From a virus (Duplodnaviria > Heunggongvirae > Uroviricota > Caudoviricetes), in the IMG/VR virus record IMGVR_UViG_3300008108_000006: a DNA stretch of 64,000 nucleotides; one strand, given 5' to 3'. Under the pieces are notes generated by a model that was not told the origin of the DNA, ran no database searches, and saw nothing but the letters and a program-made list of their open reading frames with translations. Shown one piece after another: positions 50,166-58,763 of this stretch (position 1 is its first letter; the number at the start of each line of letters is the position of its first letter). The translations under genes were made by a program, and so were the position numbers.

Positions 50166-53100
50166 TTAGATATTTTCAAAAGACGCACCTGTTGGTGTAA
50201 TTAAGAACTCGATATCAATGAATTCCAAAGATTTAGTTGGTTTAATATAAACTTTACCCACCAATTGGTTTCTATCCAAATCTTCGGGTGAAGAACTTAC
50301 CGTAACTCTGAAATCATATAGACCTCTATCTCTTCTAATTGAATCCAAAATAGGATTAACCGCATCTAAGAAATCTTGTCTAACTTTCTCATCGTTTTGT
50401 TCAAACAACAATCTAACCGCAACCGCTGAAATTAATTTACGAGCTTGTAACAACAATCTTCTAACATTTAATCTGTCAAGTGCTGATTGTGCAACTTGTA
50501 GTGTTTTATTACCCCAAATTACAGTTCCAACATCTGAGAAAGTTGCGATAGGATTAATTCTTCCTTGATACAATGTATCTCTATCTGTTTGAGTTAGTTT
50601 TCTTCTTGCTTTTACCGAATTAACCAAACCTCTAGTATAACCCGCCGATGCGAACCAAGGGAAAGCTATATTATCGGTAAGTGCTAAGTTTCTACAAACC
50701 TCACCTGTTGGTGGAAGATAAATTTGTGTGTTATTAACAGTATCTCTAACTAAAATCCAAGGATAATAAGTTGATGTATAGTTAGAATCAATACCAGTAT
50801 CATCCAAAGTATTAACAGCTTCAGTCGGATCAATGAAATCTTGTGAATCCACCGTTGAAACCAATAGGTCAATATCGGGAGTTGTTGTGATATAGATCGA
50901 ATCCGCTCTATCTTGCTCAACCATCTCAATTGCGTTTTCAACTAAGTTACTGTTATTTACATAATCAATACCCGGAGTTGCGAATACGTTAATATTAGTT
51001 GCTTCAGGATTTGCGAATGTTTGAATACCAATTAAGTAAGCATAATAGTCAGTTGTTGCATAATCGGTAGTGTTATTACCATATGTATATGGTCTAAACG
51101 CACCCCAACCAGTTGCCGATGGATATCTTGTATCACAAGTAGATGAAACACCTTTCTGATATCCTGTACCACCTAAAATAAATTCATCACCATTAGATCT
51201 TCTTTCTCTATAAATGTCCCAACCATCAAAACCACCTTGAACTAAGAATGTGAATTTACGTGATTGTATTTTATAATATGGATTAGCGGGATCTGTTGGG
51301 TCTGTTGTGAAACTTGTTGATCCAACTTCAAATGCCGATGTTCCTGAAGATAGGTATGAATTTGCGATAGTTACTACCGTAGCACCACTATCCATGTGGA
51401 AACCTTTAGTTTGATAAGTCCAACTTGATGCCTCATTACAAATACTTGTTGGGTTTTGTTTTCCTTTATATTGGAACAAATCGGAGTCAATACCCAATTG
51501 TGATGAAAATCCTAAGTAAGTAGTTCTAACTTTATCACCACTTGATGTTGTTGAATTATCTGCCGAACCTGTAGCATTTCCAAATGGTGGGTTGTAAATA
51601 ACTTCACCAGGGAAATCATACTTAGTTTTATATACAGGTTGTGGTGGTGTGTTTGATGTTGAAGAATAGGTTCTTTCAATTAAACCTTCAAAACCACAAG
51701 GAATGGCATCTACAGGTGCATCATAATTAAGCTCCAACATAATAAACTTAGAGTTTAATTGGTATTCACCATCAGAGGTACCAACTTTAACACCAATGTA
51801 ACTATTTTGACTAGGATCCATTGTACAGTTTGTGAATTTCTCCAAAATAACAGGATTTGTGTCCGTATCGTAAAAATCCCTAACAGCAATATCAAAAGTT
51901 AAATTATTGAACGACATATTCAATATTGAAACTTTAACTTGTGTATTAGCAGCATTACCATCTGAAATTGTAATTACTTTGAAAAGTTCATACACCTGAT
52001 TACCTCGAAGTTCTGAAACCACCCAAGGAGAACTTGGTGTTTGGTAAGGATCTAAGAAATAAGCCATAGTTCCTGTTGTGTTAGCAGCTCTCAACCCCGG
52101 TAACTGAATTAAACTTGTGCTTAGTCCTCTAATGTAACCTTTATTATAACCAAAATTCAACAAGTTAGGATAAATTTCTTCTACGAAAAGAGGAACTACT
52201 GTTCTGTCTTTACCAAAATTATCTTTACCCAATACTTTACTCAAATAGTTAGTTCCTGTTTGTTGCATTGACGCAGTTAGTGTGAATGGTGTGGAATTTG
52301 AAGTTGTTAAACCTGAAATTTGGAATTCTGTGTATGGATTTTTAGTTACACCGCTATTTACATCTACCAAATTAACATTTGATTGAGCACTTACAACAAA
52401 ATCGGGTCCCGCAACTCCGGAACCGTAATTAGAAACACCTCTTGATCTCAATGTTGCAACCACCATATTATTATATGCTGAATATGCAGTACCTGACCAA
52501 CCAAAAGTTTGTCCCGAAATCGTTCCCGTGTATGATGTGTAAGATCCAGCACTTAAACCTCCCGACAATGAACTTAAGAAAGTTACAAAAGAACGACCAA
52601 CATACGCATTGCCCGAACTGATATTAAACAATGAATAATACCAAGGATCATTTAAATAAGATGTGTAATCCTGAGATGATGCGTTTGTGTTATAAACACC
52701 TAAAACGTTTGTTGAAGCCGTGTAAGCACCTGATGTATATGTTGTGTTAGTTGCCGATGGTAAACTACCAAAAATATATGATGTTGCACCTGAATTAACT
52801 TGAACAACCGCAGCGGTATCATTACCAAAAACCGTTAATAATAAATTTTGTAAATCTGTTGTAAATGTTGAAGTACTACCATCTATTTTAGTATATGACG
52901 CATTTACGTCTGTATATGCTGACAATCCGTTTGTTAAAATATTTACAGTTCCCGTTGAGTTAGCACTAAATGTAACTGTGAATCCAACAGGTGTATTACC
53001 TGTAATACCAATTGTTGATGTATTTGGATTTGCAATCGTTTTGATAGTCCAAGATGGTCCTGCATCATATCCTGATAGACCTAATATTCTTGATACAAAT

Positions 53101-53372
53101 AACTGATTTGATTGTTGTAAATATGATTTTGCAATATATGCCATTTCATATTTAGGAATTTGTGTGTTCACAAATTTTTCTGTTGAAGTTCCACCGAAAT
53201 ATGTTTCATACTCATCAAAACTAGTGATAAAAATTGGTTCGAAAGCGGGACCTTTTAGTGCCTCACCAACCAAACCCAATGTTGTAACACCAACACTTTG
53301 AGCAACAAAACTTAAATCCCTTTCTGAGGTATAAACCCCAGGTGAAACGAATACCTTATTTGCTGTAGCCAT
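50166..53372 (-). CDS. Contractile tail sheath protein (gp18-like)
   Basis: FVSPGVYTSERDLS start; PWFASAG..RG, RINPI, VIWGNKTL, RLNVRRLL and PTKSLEFIDIEF C-terminal motifs. Confidence 0.95.
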   Translation of the reverse strand: MATANKVFVSPGVYTSERDLSFVAQSVGVTTLGLVGEALKGPAFEPIFITSFDEYETYFGGTSTEKFVNTQIPKYEMAYIAKSYLQQSNQLFVSRILGLSGYDAGPSWTIKTIANPNTSTIGITGNTPVGFTVTFSANSTGTVNILTNGLSAYTDVNASYTKIDGSTSTFTTDLQNLLLTVFGNDTAAVVQVNSGATSYIFGSLPSATNTTYTSGAYTASTNVLGVYNTNASSQDYTSYLNDPWYYSLFNISSGNAYVGRSFVTFLSSLSGGLSAGSYTSYTGTISGQTFGWSGTAYSAYNNMVVATLRSRGVSNYGSGVAGPDFVVSAQSNVNLVDVNSGVTKNPYTEFQISGLTTSNSTPFTLTASMQQTGTNYLSKVLGKDNFGKDRTVVPLFVEEIYPNLLNFGYNKGYIRGLSTSLIQLPGLRAANTTGTMAYFLDPYQTPSSPWVVSELRGNQVYELFKVITISDGNAANTQVKVSILNMSFNNLTFDIAVRDFYDTDTNPVILEKFTNCTMDPSQNSYIGVKVGTSDGEYQLNSKFIMLELNYDAPVDAIPCGFEGLIERTYSSTSNTPPQPVYKTKYDFPGEVIYNPPFGNATGSADNSTTSSGDKVRTTYLGFSSQLGIDSDLFQYKGKQNPTSICNEASSWTYQTKGFHMDSGATVVTIANSYLSSGTSAFEVGSTSFTTDPTDPANPYYKIQSRKFTFLVQGGFDGWDIYRERRSNGDEFILGGTGYQKGVSSTCDTRYPSATGWGAFRPYTYGNNTTDYATTDYYAYLIGIQTFANPEATNINVFATPGIDYVNNSNLVENAIEMVEQDRADSIYITTTPDIDLLVSTVDSQDFIDPTEAVNTLDDTGIDSNYTSTYYPWILVRDTVNNTQIYLPPTGEVCRNLALTDNIAFPWFASAGYTRGLVNSVKARRKLTQTDRDTLYQGRINPIATFSDVGTVIWGNKTLQVAQSALDRLNVRRLLLQARKLISAVAVRLLFEQNDEKVRQDFLDAVNPILDSIRRDRGLYDFRVTVSSSPEDLDRNQLVGKVYIKPTKSLEFIDIEFLITPTGASFENI

Positions 53373-53401
53373 TATAATAAAAGTTTTTTAATTTATTTAC
53401 C

Positions 53402-53408
53402 ATAAATA
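53402..53408 (-). promoter_or_regulatory. TATTTAT motif (probable late promoter), example upstream of the sheath gene
   Basis: The same 7-mer sits 4-30 nt upstream of at least 18 start codons on the coding strand; positions are listed in the findings. Confidence 0.65.
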
Positions 53409-53494
53409 CTTTACTTTTAACCAAAAACCGAAGATAATATAAAGTTCATTATCTTTATTTCTACTAAAAATATCTTTTTTTGATATTTAACGAT

Positions 53495-53653
53495 ATGGAT
53501 ACCGAGAAAGTCAAAAACGTTAAAATAAGTAAGACCTCACATGATTTATTAAAATCATATTGTGACGACCGTGGATTAAAAATTTATAAGTTTTTGGAAA
53601 AACTAATTAAAGATAATTGTAAATCTAAAAAAGATTTATACGGTGACAATTAA
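53495..53653 (+). CDS. Small ribbon-helix-helix-like DNA-binding protein (52 aa; absent from the ORF track)
   Basis: Manual translation MDTEKVKNVKISKTSHDLLKSYCDDRGLKIYKFLEKLIKDNCKSKKDLYGDN shows a beta-strand then helix-G-helix pattern; divergent from the sheath gene. Confidence 0.65.
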   Translation: MDTEKVKNVKISKTSHDLLKSYCDDRGLKIYKFLEKLIKDNCKSKKDLYGDN

Positions 53654-54684
53654 ACTAATACTGTTTTATAAACAATAAATCCATTTTGACCCGAATCTGT
53701 TAACACAACATCGGTTCTTAGAACATCCCCCGAATTTATCTCAAGAATTGGTGTTGTAATGAGAACATTATTAATGTAAGTTGAATACGATGATATATTA
53801 CTTGAATCATTAACACTCATATTCACTTTATATTGTATGGTTCTTGTATCTGAAGTATAAGATGAATTAAAATTAATAGTAGTTTCAAATGTTTCAGGAT
53901 TATCGGGATATTTTTTTCTTTTTTGGTTTGGTTTTTTACCATCCAACTCAAACATAGTGAATTGTCTTGAAATTGCCGGTTTTACTTGGAACTCGTTTTC
54001 GTCCAAAAGGAACCCTTGTAGTGTAAAACTGTATTTTTGTAAGTAGAATTTTCTTTTCTCAACATCCATAACCGATTCATCAACAATATCACCCCTTAAT
54101 ATGGGAATATAATGTCCTTTTATTACGGTATAAGCTTGTCGAGATGCGAATTTTTCTATAATAACTTTATTGAAAGAATTAACTTCTCTCATTCTGTTAC
54201 ATATAATATAAACGTTATATGTTATATCAATCGGAACGGGTTGTGGTATGGAATAAACATCAACACCTTTTCTAGTTCCATCCCATGTTGGAACCGCAAC
54301 GTATTGATATTGTCTTCTATTAGGAATATTGAACATTCCACCATATGTTTGTCCAAATTGTACCTCGGGAACTCTAACCACAGTAACAAATGGTAATGAA
54401 ACGTTTTTATCCAAGTCCTGCGTATCCCAAGTTTGTGTAAATTGTGCCCAATTTTGAGTTGTAATAATAAGATCTAAAGTAGGAACAATTTTTCCTTCAC
54501 TTATAATTTGTAATTCATCCTTAACAAAATCCAAAAATCCTCTATCTAAGTCCGCATGAAGTATAGATTTTGGTAAATATGTCCCATCCTCATTGATTTT
54601 ATCAAGAAGTTCTTGCCTTCTAGCCGGTCCAAATTTGGGTTCAACTAAAGGTAATGTTGGTATTATTTTCTTAGGTAACGCCAT
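53650..54684 (-). CDS. Tail completion / sheath terminator-like protein (gp15-like)
   Basis: LPFVTVVR and PQPVPIDITYNVYI motifs; located between the neck and sheath genes. Confidence 0.55.
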   Translation of the reverse strand: MALPKKIIPTLPLVEPKFGPARRQELLDKINEDGTYLPKSILHADLDRGFLDFVKDELQIISEGKIVPTLDLIITTQNWAQFTQTWDTQDLDKNVSLPFVTVVRVPEVQFGQTYGGMFNIPNRRQYQYVAVPTWDGTRKGVDVYSIPQPVPIDITYNVYIICNRMREVNSFNKVIIEKFASRQAYTVIKGHYIPILRGDIVDESVMDVEKRKFYLQKYSFTLQGFLLDENEFQVKPAISRQFTMFELDGKKPNQKRKKYPDNPETFETTINFNSSYTSDTRTIQYKVNMSVNDSSNISSYSTYINNVLITTPILEINSGDVLRTDVVLTDSGQNGFIVYKTVLV

Positions 54685-54686
54685 TA

Positions 54687-55202
54687 TTATATTCCATTAA
54701 ATTCATTTCTATTAACAGGTACCGCCACGAATGTTCTATAAAAAGGTTTATATCCGCCATAAGTATGTTTCAAATCTGAAGTAACACGACCATCATTAGC
54801 TACACTATAATACCTTACTTTTGATTCCGTTTCATAATATGCAATATAATCACCGTATTCTATATCAATACTTAATTCATCCAATTCTTTTTGATACACC
54901 GAAAACGTCATGTTACCTGGTTCCATTTGATCTAACTTACTGTTTCCAATAAATTTGTTTTCAGGTGCAACAATCTTAACATACGCTTTGAACTCCACAG
55001 GGGGTTGATAGGTAATACCACCTTCGGGTGCTTCACCATAAACATCGTCTTTTTTGGTTTTACTTTTATCCACTTTATATAAAACCAAAGTAAAGTTCAT
55101 ATCACCTTCCAACCATTCACGACCCATCTCAATATCTAAGTCGTAGTCTTCAGCTCCAAAAAACTTTCCTAATCTTGTTATCGGTACTTTACGCTCTGCC
55201 AT
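54687..55202 (-). CDS. Head-closure / neck protein (gp14-like)
   Basis: KDDVYGEA...PVEFKAYV...EYGDYI; position next to the tail completion gene. Confidence 0.55.
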   Translation of the reverse strand: MAERKVPITRLGKFFGAEDYDLDIEMGREWLEGDMNFTLVLYKVDKSKTKKDDVYGEAPEGGITYQPPVEFKAYVKIVAPENKFIGNSKLDQMEPGNMTFSVYQKELDELSIDIEYGDYIAYYETESKVRYYSVANDGRVTSDLKHTYGGYKPFYRTFVAVPVNRNEFNGI

Positions 55203-55244
55203 ATTGATAAATACTTGATTGTTTATTATATTTACCTTTTAAGT

Positions 55245-56999
55245 ATGAATGAAATAAAAATCAATCAACCGCTTGAAATCAGAGCACTTGATGTCCTTGA
55301 TAGTTATTCAGGGGCAAACAATTATATTATTAAATTAAAAATCAAAAAAGATACCAATAAAAAGTTCTATCCAACAAGAAACCAAGCGGAATATATCTTG
55401 GCTTATAAAGATTCCGTTCCAAAAGTTGCAAGAAAATGGGTGGAACTTGATATGTATTTTGCCAATAAATTTGCTGATGAAAAATTATTAACCGAAGTTC
55501 CAACCAAAATATGGGTTGAGAAGTTATTGGTTGAAAAAGATACGTCTTATCACATTTGGGGTAAGTATTTTGAACACGAGGAATTATATGATTTTTGGAT
55601 TCCTAAATCAGGAATTATTAAAGATACTTCTGTTAAGGTTGTTATTGACTATGAAAAGTATTCACATAGACCGCCTCTTTCACACCAAAAAGAAGGTATT
55701 GAGAAATTAGTTGGAAATAAAAAATACATTCTTGCCGATGATATGGGTTTGGGGAAGACAACACAAACAATTATTGCTGCGTTGGAGACAGGGGTTGAGA
55801 AGGTTTTAATTATTAGTCCTGCATCATTGAAGATCAACTGGCAACGTGAGATTGAAAATTACACGGATAGATCGGTTGTAATTATTGATGGGAAGAAATG
55901 GGAATCCGCCGATTTTGTTATCGTAAATTATGACATTTTGAAAAACTTTCATGATCCAAAAAATCGGGAAGAAAGTCAAATATTGAATGAAGGATTTGGG
56001 TTGGTCATTATTGATGAAGCACATTATATTCAAAACACACAAGCACAAAGAACAAAACTTATTAACGATTTTGTTAAAAAAATTGATAGATTATGGTTAT
56101 TAACCGGAACACCAATGACATCAAGACCAATAAACTATTATAACTTATTAAGTTTGATTGATTCACCCGTTGCAATGAATTGGATGGCTTATGTTATGAG
56201 ATATTGTGAAGGTTATCAATTCAAGGTAGGGAATAGAAAAGTTTGGAATGTTAATGGTGCGTCAAATCTTGAAGAATTAAGAGATAGAACATCTCGTCAA
56301 GTATTAAGAAGATTAAAAACCGACGTATTGGATCTTCCTGAAAAAATCATCACACCCGTTTATCTTAAATTGAAATCTTATGAATATGAACGATTGATGG
56401 GTGAATATTATGATTGGTATGATAACTCTAAAGAATCTACCTCATTAACCGTACAATTCACTAAATTAATGAAGGTTAGACAGGTTATATCGGAAGAAAA
56501 AGTAAAATCAACAATTGAATTATGTGAAAACATTATTGAACAAGGAAAGAAAGTAATTGTTTTTACCAATTTTACCAACTCGTTAAACTCTATCTTATCT
56601 CACTTCGGAAAAAAAGCGGTTGGTCTTGATGGTAGTATGCCTCAAGGTATGAGACAAGATAACGTTGATAAATTCCAAAATGATGAAAATATTATGGTGT
56701 TTGTTGGGAACATTAAAGCAGCTGGGGTTGGTATCACATTAACATCTGCGGAAGTTGTTGTTATGAATGACCTGTCATTTGTACCGTCAGATCACTCACA
56801 AGCCGAGGATCGTGCTTATCGTTATGGTCAAAAAAATAACGTTTTGGTATATTATCCTATTTTTGATAACACGATTGAGGGTATTATTTATAACATTCTA
56901 CAAAAGAAGAAAAACATCTTTGAAACCGTTATGGGGGATAATTTAAGTAAGGGTGATATGGTGGAGGAAATCATGAATATGATTAACACAAAAAGATAA
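55245..56999 (+). CDS. SNF2-family helicase/translocase (SMARCAL1/HARP-like)
   Basis: LADDMGLGKT, IIDEAH, LLTGTP, GVGITLT and QAEDRAYRYGQ. The ATG at 55245 is preferred over the TTG at 55215. Confidence 0.92.
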   Translation: MNEIKINQPLEIRALDVLDSYSGANNYIIKLKIKKDTNKKFYPTRNQAEYILAYKDSVPKVARKWVELDMYFANKFADEKLLTEVPTKIWVEKLLVEKDTSYHIWGKYFEHEELYDFWIPKSGIIKDTSVKVVIDYEKYSHRPPLSHQKEGIEKLVGNKKYILADDMGLGKTTQTIIAALETGVEKVLIISPASLKINWQREIENYTDRSVVIIDGKKWESADFVIVNYDILKNFHDPKNREESQILNEGFGLVIIDEAHYIQNTQAQRTKLINDFVKKIDRLWLLTGTPMTSRPINYYNLLSLIDSPVAMNWMAYVMRYCEGYQFKVGNRKVWNVNGASNLEELRDRTSRQVLRRLKTDVLDLPEKIITPVYLKLKSYEYERLMGEYYDWYDNSKESTSLTVQFTKLMKVRQVISEEKVKSTIELCENIIEQGKKVIVFTNFTNSLNSILSHFGKKAVGLDGSMPQGMRQDNVDKFQNDENIMVFVGNIKAAGVGITLTSAEVVVMNDLSFVPSDHSQAEDRAYRYGQKNNVLVYYPIFDNTIEGIIYNILQKKKNIFETVMGDNLSKGDMVEEIMNMINTKR

Positions 57000-57015
57000 T
57001 GATATATTTATCATT

Positions 57016-57339
57016 ATGAAAGTTAAAGTAACAGAAGATAAGTTATACCCTGTTTTCAAAAAATTTATGGAAACTCAGTTTAAGAATTATGAATGGATCG
57101 AAGATAATTATGATGTTGTTTTGTTTATGAGTCCCGGAGGAGATTCTTATTTGGCGTTGAGTAAAGATAAAACTTTATTAATTTATGCTAAAACCGCAAA
57201 AAAAATCCTTAATTACCTTCCTATGGAACGATCTATGTTCCTATCACTTATGACTAGATGGGTAGGAGAGACCTTAAATATTAAGGGTATAACCCTCTCG
57301 CAGTTTCAACAGTTGGTTTTGATTAGCCTTAATAGATAA
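57016..57339 (+). CDS. Paralog array gene 1 (MKVKVTE family, unknown function)
   Basis: Shares the N-terminal 27 aa (near-identical) and the PME...W-V-x-[ED]-T core with four downstream copies; TATTTAT upstream. Confidence 0.85.
   Translation: MKVKVTEDKLYPVFKKFMETQFKNYEWIEDNYDVVLFMSPGGDSYLALSKDKTLLIYAKTAKKILNYLPMERSMFLSLMTRWVGETLNIKGITLSQFQQLVLISLNR
57262..57297 (+). repeat. Degenerate 36-nt CRISPR-like repeat in gene 1
   Basis: GTAGGAGAGACCTTAAATATTAAGGGTATAACCCTC; no recognisable second repeat follows. Confidence 0.55.
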
Positions 57340-57358
57340 TAATAATATATTTATCATT

Positions 57359-57700
57359 ATGAAAGTTAAAGTAACAGAAGAAAAGTTATATCCATTATTC
57401 AAAAAATTCATGGAAACTCAGTTTAAGAAATATGAATGGAGAAAAGGTAAATTTGATTCCATTTGGTTCATAGACCCTGAAGGATATGGTCACATGGGAT
57501 TGTTGAAAAATAAAGAGTTATTAATCTATCGTGAGATTAAAGATCAAATTCTTCGCTACATTCCTATGGAAAAATCTATGTTACAAACACTTATGAGTAA
57601 GTGGGTAGAAGAAACCCTTCAAGTTGAAGGGTTAACCGTTCCCACTGTACCCCAATTTACAATACCGCGTTTTTATGATGGTGATACCTTTCCATTATAA
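57359..57700 (+). CDS. Paralog array gene 2
   Basis: Same family; reads through repeat and spacer and ends DGDTFPL. Confidence 0.85.
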   Translation: MKVKVTEEKLYPLFKKFMETQFKKYEWRKGKFDSIWFIDPEGYGHMGLLKNKELLIYREIKDQILRYIPMEKSMLQTLMSKWVEETLQVEGLTVPTVPQFTIPRFYDGDTFPL

Positions 57701-57710
57701 GAATATTTAT
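57605..57710 (+). CRISPR. Repeat-spacer-degenerate repeat unit in gene 2
   Basis: Repeat GTAGAAGAAACCCTTCAAGTTGAAGGGTTAACCGTT (57605-57640, perfect palindrome AACCCTTCAA-G-TTGAAGGGTT), 36-nt unique segment at 57641-57676, then GATGGTGATACCTTTCCATTATAAGAATATTTAT. Confidence 0.45.
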
Positions 57711-57714
57711 CAAT

Positions 57715-58050
57715 ATGAAAGTTAAAGTAACAGAAGATAAGTTATACCCTGTTTTCAAAAAATTTATGGAAACTCAGTTTAAGAATTATGAATGGAGAAA
57801 AGATCGGAATGATGACATTTGGTTTTCAGATCCTAAAGGGTATGGTCATTTGGGATTGGTACACATTAAGGATTTATTGATCTATCGTGATATTAGAAAA
57901 AAAATACTTCCTTATCTTCCTATGGAACAATCTATGTTAAACTCACTTATGAGTAAGTGGGTAGAAGAGACCCTTCAAGTTAAGGGGTTAGCCCCCACTT
58001 TGGCAAGACACGAATCCTATCCATTAGTTGATGGATCCTTTCCATTATAA
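57715..58050 (+). CDS. Paralog array gene 3
   Basis: Same family; ends VDGSFPL. Confidence 0.85.
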   Translation: MKVKVTEDKLYPVFKKFMETQFKNYEWRKDRNDDIWFSDPKGYGHLGLVHIKDLLIYRDIRKKILPYLPMEQSMLNSLMSKWVEETLQVKGLAPTLARHESYPLVDGSFPL

Positions 58051-58060
58051 GAATATTTAT
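57961..58060 (+). CRISPR. Repeat-spacer-degenerate repeat unit in gene 3
   Basis: Repeat GTAGAAGAGACCCTTCAAGTTAAGGGGTTAGCCCCC (57961-57996), 30-nt segment ACTTTGGCAAGACACGAATCCTATCCATTA (57997-58026), then GTTGATGGATCCTTTCCATTATAAGAATATTTAT. Confidence 0.5.
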
Positions 58061-58064
58061 CATT

Positions 58065-58373
58065 ATGAAAGTTAAAGTAACAGAAGAAAAGTTATATCCA
58101 GTATTCAAAAAATTTATGGAAACTCAGTTTAAGAATTATGAATGGACAAAAGATGAATATGGGTGTATTGATTTTGTGGATCCTGAAGGATTTGGTCATT
58201 TGGAATTGGAAAACAATGAAGATTTATGGGTTTATGGTGATATTAAAGATCAAATTCTTCGCTACATTCCTATGGAAGAATATATGTTAGAATCACTTAT
58301 GGGTAGATGGGTTGGAGATACCTTTCAAATTGAGGGTATAAACACCAGTATAGAATCGTTTCCAAATTTTTAA
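58065..58373 (+). CDS. Paralog array gene 4 (stop inside the spacer-like segment)
   Basis: Same family; TAA in the variable segment, and the conserved frame resumes as IVENAFPL*. Confidence 0.85.
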   Translation: MKVKVTEEKLYPVFKKFMETQFKNYEWTKDEYGCIDFVDPEGFGHLELENNEDLWVYGDIKDQILRYIPMEEYMLESLMGRWVGDTFQIEGINTSIESFPNF

Positions 58374-58410
58374 ATCGTTGAAAATGCCTTTCCATTGTAA
58401 GAATATTTAT
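58311..58410 (+). CRISPR. Repeat-spacer-degenerate repeat unit in gene 4
   Basis: Repeat GTTGGAGATACCTTTCAAATTGAGGGTATAAACACC (58311-58346), 30-nt segment AGTATAGAATCGTTTCCAAATTTTTAAATC (58347-58376), then GTTGAAAATGCCTTTCCATTGTAAGAATATTTAT. Confidence 0.55.
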
Positions 58411-58415
58411 ATGGT

Positions 58416-58706
58416 ATGAAAGTCAAGGTAACAGAAGAAAAGTTATATCCAGTTTTCAAAAAATTCATGGAAACTCAGTTTAAGAAATATGAATGGAGAA
58501 AAGATGAACTTGGGACTATTTGGTTTATGGATCCTGAAGGATTTGGTGATCTGGAATTGGGAGATAAAAATTTATGGGTTCATCGTGATATTAAAAATAA
58601 AATTCTTCGTTATCTTCCTATGGAAGAATCTATGTTAGACTCGCTTATATCTAGATGGGTTGGAGATACTTTTCAAATTGAGGGTATAAACATCCTCGAG
58701 ATGTGA
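58416..58706 (+). CDS. Paralog array gene 5 (stop inside the spacer-like segment)
   Basis: Same family; TGA and TAG in the variable segment, and the conserved frame resumes as EEVGDTFPL*. Confidence 0.85.
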   Translation: MKVKVTEEKLYPVFKKFMETQFKKYEWRKDELGTIWFMDPEGFGDLELGDKNLWVHRDIKNKILRYLPMEESMLDSLISRWVGDTFQIEGINILEM

Positions 58707-58758
58707 TTGCCATGGTAGGAGGAAGTTGGTGATACCTTTCCATTATAAGAATATTTAT
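58659..58758 (+). CRISPR. Repeat-spacer-degenerate repeat unit in gene 5
   Basis: Repeat GTTGGAGATACTTTTCAAATTGAGGGTATAAACATC (58659-58694), 30-nt segment CTCGAGATGTGATTGCCATGGTAGGAGGAA (58695-58724), then GTTGGTGATACCTTTCCATTATAAGAATATTTAT. Confidence 0.55.
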
Positions 58759-58763
58759 ATGGT

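Noticed and set aside
57016-58748. Diversity-generating retroelement as the cause of the variable 3' ends
   Set aside because: No reverse transcriptase or template repeat in the window, and the variation is not restricted to adenine-type positions and includes stops. A remote RT elsewhere in the genome cannot be excluded.
58371-58748. Stop-codon reassignment explaining the in-frame stops in genes 4 and 5
   Set aside because: All three stop types occur, including TAA, and long genes across the window are intact under the standard code.
57262-58758. A conventional contiguous CRISPR array
   Set aside because: Units are separated by about 250 nt of coding sequence and the repeats are degenerate, so they are reported as dispersed single-spacer units instead.
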